DNA of 55,599 nt, filler included, from Callorhinchus milii (Eukaryota), in assembly GCF_018977255.1 (NCBI RefSeq). It is 2 parts of 2 records of this genome, joined end to end, with 100 filler letters (N's around TTAATTAATTAA, not from the genome) between each part and the next. Parts side by side here need not be neighbours in the genome. Positions count along the whole stretch, not along the records: positions 27,853 to 55,599 come from NW_024705688.1; 1 more part is not named here. The stretch is one strand, 5' to 3'. A model generated the notes under the pieces. It was given only the letters and a program-made list of their open reading frames with translations, searched no databases and was not told the DNA's origin. Below are positions 46,293 to 55,599 of this stretch, piece by piece (position 1 is the stretch's first letter; each line of letters begins with the position of its first letter). The position numbers and the translations under genes are program-made.

Positions 46293-46400
46293 ATCAGGAA
46301 GAGAGTGACAGAGACTGAGACACAGAGAGTGACAGAGACTGAGACACAGAGACTGAGATACATATGATGCAGAGATAGAATTCCGATATCTCTCCATGTG

Positions 46401-46473
46401 GCCCCAGTGGCCTAATGGATAAGGCACTGGCCTCCTAAGCCAGGGATTGTGGGTTCGAGTCCCACTTGGGGTG
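46401..46473 (+). tRNA. tRNA-Arg(CCT)
   Basis: Canonical except a G7-U66 pair. Confidence 0.92.
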
Positions 46474-48514
46474 TGAGCTGAACTTTACGCAAATAACATT
46501 TTTAAAAAATCACAGATCTCACACTTCCTGACCCAGTTTCACTCCGTCTCAGTAACGCTCTGTGATTCTCAGTCTCTCTGGTGTCTGTGTGTATGTTTGT
46601 CTGTCTCTGATACTCTTTGTATTGCAGTCTCTATATCACATGTATCTCAATCTCTGCGTCATTCTGTATCTCAGTCTCTATCACTCTCTGTATCTCAGTC
46701 TCTATCACTCTCTGTATCTCAGTCTCTGCGTCATTCTGTACCTTGGTCTCTGTCACTCTCTGTATCTCAGTCTCTATCACTCTCTGTATCTGTCTCTTGT
46801 CACTCTCTGTGTCTCAGTCTCTGTATCACTGTATAATCAGGTGCTGGCTCAGTCTGTAACATACATCTGAGGCATAAGGCTGGGGATTCAAGTCAACGTG
46901 GGATTTGAGCTCATATTCAAGGCTGACGCTCCAACACAGCGCCGGGGGGAGAGAGAGAGAGAGCTTGAGGGAGAGAGAAAGAGAGAGCGAGAGAGAGAGA
47001 GACAAGAGAGAGCGAGAGAAAGAGAGCAAGAGAGAGAGAGAAAGAGAGCAAGAGAAGAGAGAGAGAGCGAGAGAAAGAGAGAGAGCGAGAGAGACTGAGA
47101 GACTGAGCGAGCGAGCAAGAGTGAGAGAGAGAGCGCCGCATTGTCAGAGACGCCGTCCCTTCTGATGAGACGTTAAACGTTAAACCTCACTCCCCGTCTG
47201 TGCGCTGTTCGGGGGGCGTTAGAGGTCTCCCGCGGCGCTGAGGGAGGAGAGAAGGTTTCCCGGCCAACAATCCTCCCGATAAAATCATCTGCTCACTTGG
47301 TGGCTGTTTGCGGGATGTCGCTGTGTGCAAACTGACTGCCGCATTTCATCCACAAAATAGTTACTTTATAGTATATCCTGTGAAGCACTTTGAGACATCC
47401 CAAACCCACAGTCAAATGTAAGGACTATGTGTTAGTTTCTTTAACTCACTCTCTGTGTCATTCTGTGTCCCTCATTCTCTGTGTGTGTCACTCTGTGTGT
47501 CACTCCTTGTGTCACTCTGTGTGTCTCACTCTTTGTGTCACTCTGTGTGTCTCAACAACAACAACAAAATTGCATGTGTACAGCGCCTTTCAGGTCGGGA
47601 CGTCCCCAGGCGCTGGACAGTCAGCGTTTCAGACTCGAGTTGTGGGTCGGGGAGGGCGGGGGGGGGAACAGGGAGATCAAAGGCACAATCGAAGAGGAGG
47701 GTCTTGAAATGGGTCTTAAGGTGGCGAGGGAGGGGACAAGGCAGAGGGACTGCACGATGGAGTTCCAGAGGGTGGGGGCAGAGTAGCAGAAGGCTCGCCC
47801 GCCCGCCCGCCAAGAATGGAGCAGGGGACGTGAAGCAGGTCAGAGCCCACTGAACAGACGGTCCGAACAGGATGGTAGGGGGTTAGGAGGTGGCAGACGG
47901 AGGGGGGAGCAAGACCATGGAGGGCTTTGAAGTTGAGGAACAGGATCTTAACTCTAACTCTGCCGCCCGTGTCCTCTCCCGCACCAAACTCTGTGCCCCA
48001 TCGCTCCCACTCTCGCCCGACTCCATTGGCTCCCTATCCTTCAGGGGATCCAATTCAAGATCCTGGTCCTCACCTACAAACCCCTCCCTTGCCTCACCCC
48101 ACCCTACCCCTGCGACCTCCTAACCCCCTACCAACCCTCCCGCTCCCTCCGCTCAGTCGGCTCCGGCTGCTCCACGTCCCCCAACCCACCCGCCCACCAT
48201 TGGCGGGAGAGCCTTCAGCCACTCTGCCCCCAACCTCTGGAATTCCATCCCCCAGTCCCTCCGCCTCACCCCCTCCTTAGTCTCCTTCAAGTCCCGCCTC
48301 AAGACCCTCCTCTTCGACCACACCATCGGTCACCCCCCTTCCTCTCCCATCTCCCCCGATCCCTGGACCTCACCTCAGGTCTGAAATGATCCGCCCTGAC
48401 GTGAAAGGCATGTAATCTTGTTGTTGTTGTTGTGCAGCCATCGATGGTGATTCTCCTCACGCTGTATGTGTCACTGTGTATCTCCCTCAGTGTCACTATG
48501 TGTGTGTCTCACCC

Positions 48515-49452
48515 TGTGTGTGTGTGTGGGGTGGGGGGGGGCTGTGTGTGTGGGGGGGGGCTGTGTGTGTGGGGGCGGGGCTGTGTGTGTGGGGGGGCTG
48601 TGTGTGTGGGGGGGCTGTATGTGTGGGGGGGCTGTGTGTGTGGGGCGGGCTGTGTGTGTGGGGGCGGGGCTGTGTGTGTGTGTGGGGGCTGTGTGTGTGG
48701 GGCGGGGCTGTGTGTGTGGGGGCTGTGTGTGTGGGGGGGCTGTATGTGTGGGGGGGGCTGTGTGTGGGGGGGCGGGCTGTGTGTGTGGGGGCTGTGTGTG
48801 GGGGCAGGGCTGTGTGTGTGTGGGGGGCTGTGTGTGTGGGGGGGCTGTGTGTGTGGGGGCTGTGTATGTGGGGGGGGCTGTGTGTGGGGGGGGGCTGTGT
48901 GTGGGGGGCGGGGCTGTGTGTGTGGGGGGCTGTGTGTGGGGGGCGGGGCTGTGTGTGTGGGGGGGCTGTGTGTGGGGGCGCGGGGCTGTGTGTGGGGGGG
49001 GCTGTGTGTGGGGGGGCCGGGGCTGTGTGTGTGGGGGGTCTGTGTGTGGGGGCGCGGGGCTGTGTGGGGGCGCGGGGCTGTGTGGGGCGCGGGGCTGTGT
49101 GGGGGCGCGGGGCTGTGTGTGGGGGGGCTGTGTGTGTGGGGGGCTGTGTGTGGGGGCGCGGGGCTGTGTGTGGGGGGGGCTGTGTGTGGGGGGGCGGGGC
49201 TGTGTGTGTGGGGGGCTGTGTGTGGGGGCGCGGGGCTGTGTGGGGGCGCGGGGCTGTGTGGGGGCGCGGGGCTGTGTGGGGGCGCGGGGCTGTGTGGGGG
49301 CGCGGGGCTGTGTGTGGGGGGGGGCTGTGTGTGTGGGGGGGCTGTGTGTGGGGGGGGCTGTATGTGGGGGGGCGGGGCTGTGTGTGTGGGGGGGCTGTGT
49401 GTGGGGGCGCGGGGCTGTGTGGGGGCGCGGGGCTGTGTGTGTGTGGGGCGCG
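48515..49452. repeat. G-rich minisatellite (GCTGTGTGTGGGGG[CG]GGG)n
   Basis: Direct inspection. Confidence 0.95.
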
Positions 49453-49454
49453 GA

Positions 49455-51260
49455 GGAGATGCTGGATTTCCTTGAATCCAAGATCAAGGGAATTCGCTCC
49501 GCGGTCACTTCCCCTCCAACATCCACCCACCCCCCACCCCCTCACTCCCACACTCCGACTGGTACCCATCCTCCCCTACTCACTTTTGTACCCGTTTCCC
49601 CACCCTCTGTCACCAAACTCATCCTATCCCTAAAACCAACCACCTGCTCCCTTGACCCCATCCCCACTCCACTCCTTATCTCTCAGCTCCACTTTCTTGC
49701 CCCACATATCACCGACATCATCAACCTGTCCCTCTCCTCTGGCTCTGTCCCCATTCCCTTAAAAACTGCCGCCATCACTCCCACCTTGAAAACCCCTTCC
49801 TTGATGCGTCGCAGCTATCAATCTCCGGCCCATCTCCAACCTCCCCTTCCTGTCCAAGGTCCTGGAAAGAGTTGTCGCCTCCCAACTGCGCTCTTTCCTT
49901 TCCACCCATTCTCTTTTCGAACCCCTTCAGTCAGGTTTCGGTGCTGCCCATAGCACAGAAACTGCCCTGGTCAAGGTCACCAATGATATCCTGACCATCT
50001 GTGACCAGGGCTCCCTCTGTCTCCTCGTCCTCCTCGACCTATCGGCAGCATTCGATACGGTCGACCACGCTATCCTACTCCACCGCTTGTCCTCCCACCT
50101 CAACCTTCAAGGCACTGTCCTTGAATGGTTTAGGTCGTACCTCTCCCACCGTCTTCACTTTGTCTCGACGAATGGCTTCTCCTCCACCCCCCGCACTATC
50201 TCATGTGGAGTCCCTCAGGGCTCTGTCCTCGGTCCCCTCCTCTTCACCCTCTATATGCTCCCCCTGTGGTGACATCATCCGCAGACATGGGGTTCACTCC
50301 CACATGTGTGCGGATGACACCCAACTCTACTTTTCCTCCTCTACCCTCAACTCCACGACCCCCGATGTCCTGACAGCTGTCTGTCCGACATCGAGTCCTG
50401 GACGAGAGACAACTTTCTTCAGCTCAACGTGCGAAAAACCGAGGCCCTCCTGATTGGCTCACGTCAGCGCCTCCGCACCTCAGGCGCCGACACCATCAGC
50501 TCCGCACTCTCCACCTCTCAAAGCCATCAGGAACCTCGGGGTTCCCCTCGACCCTGAGCTGTCCTTTCTCCCTCACATCCGCACCACAACTGGCACCGCC
50601 TTCCATCACCTCCGGAACATCGCCAGACTACGGCACTACCTCACCCCTCACGCAGCTGGAACTCTGGTCCACGCCTTTATCACCTCAAGGCCGGACTATG
50701 GGAACTCTCTCCTCGTCGGCCTTCCCGGCCCTCCCTCCACACTGCAGGTCATTCAGAACTCTGCAGCTCGTGTACTGTCCCGCACCAGACACCGCGACCA
50801 CATCACTCCCACCCTCGCCCTCACCCTCACCCTCGCCCTCACCCTCGCCCTCGCCCTCACTCCCACCCTCGCCCTCACCCTCACCCTCGCCCTCACCCTC
50901 GCCCTCGCCCTCGCCCTCACTCCCACCCTCGCCCTCACCCTCGCCCTCGCTCGCCTCCACTGGCTCCCTATCCCCCAGAGGCTTGATTTCAAGATCCTCA
51001 TCCTCACCTACAAGGCCATTCCCAGCCTCGCTCCCTCCTACCTCTCCGACCTACTATCCCCCTCCCTACCTGCCCGTACCCTCCGTTCCTCCGGCTCCGG
51101 TCTGCTCCACACCCCCCGCCCCAACTGCCCGACCATCAGTGGCCTTCAGCCTCTCAGCCCCGAGGCTCTGGAACTCCATCCCCAGTGCCTTCGCCACTTC
51201 CTCCCTTTCCTCCTTCAGGGCCGGTCTCAAAACCTTTCTCTTTGACCTTCAGCCTTCAGC
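49455..51260 (+). mobile_element. L2 LINE, 5'-truncated, RT region with frameshifts
   Basis: [59 protein letters not shown]. Confidence 0.92.
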
Positions 51261-51277
51261 TCCGCTCTCGACTCTCT

Positions 51278-51636
51278 ACCCCCTCCTCGCTCCCTCCCTT
51301 CCCTCCCCTCCCCCTGACCATTTCCCCCCTCCTCGCTCCCTCCCTTCCGTCCCCTCACCCTGACCATTTCCCCCCTCCTCGCTCCCTCCCTTCCCTCCCC
51401 TCACCCTGACCATTTCCCCCCTCCTCGCTCCCTCCCTTCCTCCCCTCACCCTGACCATTTCCCCCCTCCTCGCTCCCTCCCTTCCTCCCCTCACCCTGAC
51501 CATTTCCCCCCCCCTCCCTCCCTTCCCTCCCCTCACCCTGACCATTTCCCCCCTCCTCGCTCCCTCCCTTCCCTCCCCTCACCCTGACTATTTCCCCCCT
51601 CCTCGCTCCCTCCCCTCACCCTGACCATTTCCCCCC
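51278..51636. repeat. About 45-bp pyrimidine minisatellite
   Basis: Unit ccctgaccatttccccccTcctcgctccctcccttccctcccctca. Confidence 0.92.
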
Positions 51637-51728
51637 AATGCTCGGGTCATGACCCAACTGTGCAGCGCCTCGGGACGTCCTCCTGACGTGAAAGGCGCTT
51701 TATAAATGGAATCTTGTTCTTGTTGTTG

Positions 51729-52198
51729 CTGTGTGTGTGGGGGGGGACGACGACTGTGTGTGTGGGGGGGGCTGTGTGTGTGGGGGGGGGGCTGTGTGTG
51801 TGGGGGGGGGGCTGTGTGTGTGGGGGGGGGCTGTGTGTGTGGGGGGGGCTGTGTGTGTGGGGGCGGAGCTGTGTGTGTGTGGGGCGGGGCTGTATGTGGG
51901 TGCGGGGGGCTATGTGTGTGGGGGGGGGCTGTGTGTGTGTGGGGGGCTGTGTGTGTGTGGGGGCTGTGTGTGTGGGGGCGGAGCTGTGTGTGTGGGGGCG
52001 GAGCTGTGTGTGTGGGGGCGGAGCTGTGTGTGTGGGGGCGGAGCTGTGTGTGTGGGGGCGGAGCTGTGTGTGTGGGGGCGGAGCTGTGTGTGGGGGGGCC
52101 TGTGTGTGTGGGGGCGGGGCTGTGTGTGTGGGGGCGGAGCTGTGTGTGGGGGGCCTGTGTGTGTGGGGGCGGGGCTGTGTGTGTGTGGGGGCGGGGCT
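51729..52198. repeat. GC-box-containing minisatellite
   Basis: 20-bp units tgtgtgtgtgggggcggagc. Confidence 0.95.
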
Positions 52199-52320
52199 AT
52201 ATCTGGCCAATGGGAGACCGGAAACGGAAGTCCAAGAGTTTTGGCGCCAAACATTACCCGCGAAACAGAGAGACCGGAAGTGGGAGATAGCGCGAGCCGT
52301 GACCGTTATATACCGGGAGA
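52186..52320 (+). promoter_or_regulatory. MCM5: MCM5 promoter: GC box, CCAAT, ETS and E2F sites
   Basis: GGGGCGGGG; CCAAT 52207; CGGAAGT twice; TTTTGGCGCCAAA 52239-52251; CCCGCGAAA 52257-52265. Confidence 0.8.
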
Positions 52321-52735
52321 CAGAGAGAGAGAGTGACAGAGGGGGACACAGAGAGAGGGACACAGAGAGAGAGAGAGAGAGGGACAGAGAGAGAGAGGGA
52401 CAGAGAGAGAGAGACAGAGAGACACAGAGAGAGGGACAGAGAGAGAGAGAGAGGGACAGAGAGAGAAAGGGACAGAGAGAGAGACAGAGAGAGAGTGAGA
52501 GAGAGAGAGAGGGACAGAGGGGGACACAGAGAGAGGGACAGAGAGAGAGAGAGAGAGAGAGGACAGAGAGAGAGTGACAGAGAGAGAGTGACAGAGAGAG
52601 AGTGACAGAGAGAGAGGGACAGAGAGAGAGAGGGACAGAGAGAGAGAGTGACAGAGAGAGAGGGACAGAGAGAGAGAGGGACAGAGAGAGGGACAGAGAG
52701 AGAGTGACAGAGAGAGAGTGACAGAGAGGGGGAGA
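52320..52735. repeat. (GA)n-rich tract
   Basis: Direct inspection. Confidence 0.95.
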
Positions 52736-52755
52736 GGCTGTCGCTGAGCGCCGCC

Positions 52756-52922
52756 ATGTCGGGGTTTGACGCCGTGGGGGTGTTTTACAGTGACAGCTTC
52801 GGGGGGGACCCGGGGCCTGAGGACGGGCAGATCCGCAAGAGCGACCTCCAGCGGCGGCTCCGGGAGTTCCTCAGGCAATACCGTGTGGGCAGTCACCACA
52901 CCGGCTTCTCCTTCACATACAG
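52756..52922 (+). CDS. MCM5: DNA replication licensing factor MCM5, first coding exon
   Basis: gccgcc[46 protein letters not shown] donor. Confidence 0.95.
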
Positions 52923-52929
52923 GTCAGTC

Positions 52930-52930
52930 C

Positions 52931-52992
<62 letters not shown>

Positions 52993-54560
52993 ACACACAC
53001 ACAGCAATGCTCTCACACACACACACACCAGGCTCTCACACACACACACACAGGCTCTCACACACACACACACACACACACAGGCTCTCACACACACACA
53101 CACAGGCTCTCACACACACACACACACAGGCTCTCACACACACACACACACACACACACAGGCTCACTCACACACACACACACAGGCTCACTCACACACA
53201 CACACACACAGCTCACTCACACACACACACACAGCTCACTCACACACACACACACAGGCTCACTCACACACACACACAGGCTCACTCACACACACACACA
53301 GGCTCACTCACACACACACACACAGGCTCTCTCTCACACACACAGGCTCACTCACACACACACTGGCTCACACACACACACAGGCTCTCTCACACACACA
53401 CAGGCTCTCTCTCACACACACAGGCTCACACACACACACACACACACAGGCTCACACACACACACAGGCTCTCTCTCACACACACTCACACACAGGCTCT
53501 CACACACACACACACACACACACAGCAATGCTCTCACACACACACACACACACGACAGCAATGCTCTCACACACACACACAGCAATGCTCTCTCTCACAC
53601 ACACTCACACACAGGCTCTCACACACACTCACACACACACAGGCTCACACTCACAAACACACAGGCTCACACACACACACACACAGACTCTCACACACAG
53701 GCTCTCTCTCTCACACACACACACACAGGCTCTCTCTCACACACACAGGCTCTCTCTCACACACACAGGCTCACACACCTACACAGGCTCACACACACAC
53801 ACACACACACACACAGGCTCTCTCACACACACACACACAGGCCCTCACACACACAGGCTCTCACACACACTCACACAGGCTCTCACACACACACAGGCTC
53901 TCTCTCACACACACAGGCTCTCACACACACACACAGGCTCTCTCGACACACACACACACACAGGCTCTCTCACACACACACACACACAGGCTCTCTCCAC
54001 ACACACACACAGGCTCTCTCTCACACACACTCACACACAGGCTCTCACACACACTCACACACACACAGGCTCACACTCACAAACACACAGGCTCACACTC
54101 ACACACACACAGGCTCACACACACACAGGCTCACACAGGCTCTCTCACACACACAGGCTCACACACACACACACACACACAGACTCTCACACACAGGCTC
54201 TCTCTCTCACACACACACACACAGGCTCTCACACACACAGGCTCTCTTCACACACACAGGCTCACACACCTACACAGGCTCACACACACACACACACACA
54301 CACAGGCTCTCACACACACACACACAGGCCCTCACACACACAGGCTCTCACACACACACAGGCTCTCACACACACACACACAGGCCCTCACACACACAGG
54401 CTCTCACACACACACACACAGGCTCTCACACACACACAGGCTCTCACATATGCACACACACACACACCACACATATACACACACACACAAGCTCACACAT
54501 GCTCACATATATACGCACAAGCTCACGTACACATACACACAGGTTCTCTCACACACACAA
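52930..54560. repeat. (CA)n/AGGCTCT compound satellite in MCM5 intron
   Basis: Direct inspection. Confidence 0.95.
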
Positions 54561-54871
54561 CCGATTCAATAACAGCTTTTAAGAGAGAATCAGATAATTA
54601 TTTGGGGACAAGCTTGCAGGGCTATGGGGAGAGAGAGGGGGAGTGGGGTTGATTTGGAAGCTCTTTGAAAAGACCCGGCACAGACACGATGGGCCGAATG
54701 GCCTCCTTCTGTGCTATGATTCTACATACACACTCACCCCCGTGCAACATACATACTTACACACACCTATACATACACACCCACAGGTCTGTCACTCACT
54801 CACACATACGCACACACTCACCCCCGCCACCCCACATACACTAACACGTACATACATATACACACACACAC

Positions 54872-55202
54872 ATAATAATAATAATAATAATAATCCTTGC
54901 ATTTGATATAGCGCTTTTCATGTCAGGAGGACGTCCCAAAGCGCTTCACAGAACACACTGTAAAGTGAATTGACTGTATATTTGTGGGCGAACGCGGCAG
55001 CCAATTGCGCACAGCAATGTCCCACAAACAGTCGTAGATTGAAAATGACCAATTTAATTATTGTTTTTGGTTTTGGAGGGAATATTATTAGGCTCTGTGT
55101 GGAGTAAGGAAACTTGCCCGAGGTTTCGCCCTCTGCCTGGAATTGAACTCAGGTCTCTCACTTGCAAAACGAGTGCTCTAACCACTGAGCTACAGGACTC
55201 CA
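54872..55202 (-). mobile_element. Full-length SINE, near-identical to the 29717 copy
   Basis: Reverse-complement match over its length. Confidence 0.92.
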
Positions 55203-55599
55203 CACATACGCTCTGTCACTCACATACACTGAACAACAACAAAATTGTAAAGCACCTTTCACGTCGAGAGGATGTCCCAAGCCACTGAACAGTTAGGGAT
55301 CAGTACCCGAGCGTGGGGTGCGCAGGGTTGGGTTGATGGAGGGCAGACAAGTAGGAGGGCAGCTGAAGGCACGGTCGAAAAGGTGGGTCTTGAGTTGTGC
55401 CTTGGAGGTAAGGGAGAGAGGGAGCGAGGCGAATGGATTGTGGGGTGGACTTCAGAGAGACTGAAAGGGTGGGGGCAGAGAGACTGAAAGCCCGGCCGCC
55501 ACTGGTAAGCATGCACATACACCCACACAAGACTCACACATACACAGGTCTGTCATTCACATACACACAAACCTACACAGGTCTGTCACACACACACAT

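Noticed and set aside
48432..54652. Long Cys/Gly/Val- or His/Thr-rich ORFs, including the 608-aa extension of MCM5
   Set aside because: Translations of stop-free simple repeats; MCM5 homology ends at the donor after 52922

Overview
Eukaryotic (vertebrate) DNA made of two unrelated pieces joined by an artificial 100-nt linker (N44-TTAATTAATTAA-N44, 27753-27852). LEFT piece (1-27752; lamprey-like by repeat content, which is an inference): (1) a near-intact HERO-type RLE non-LTR retrotransposon whose 3' UTR holds all hammerhead-ribozyme core nucleotides in a non-standard, pseudoknotted strand order; (2) a diverged tandem duplication pairing an S100-like gene with an unidentified decayed, possibly parvovirus-capsid-like segment; (3) a decayed L2/CR1 LINE; (4) a Gypsy LTR element with discordant LTRs and a deleted integrase core; (5) a multi-exon DYRK4-like kinase gene on the minus strand that lacks the activation-loop YxY, has one in-frame stop and has no recognisable last exon. 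The kinase introns carry about ten Penelope-like pLTR insertions with minimal hammerhead ribozymes. RIGHT piece (27853-55599; cartilaginous-fish-like, also an inference): HMOX1 exons 2-5, a cluster of five tRNA-Arg(CCT) genes plus two degenerate Arg(CCG) copies, the MCM5 promoter and first coding exon, and many SINEs, CR1/L2 fragments and minisatellites. Most long ORFs in the supplied track are translations of simple repeats.
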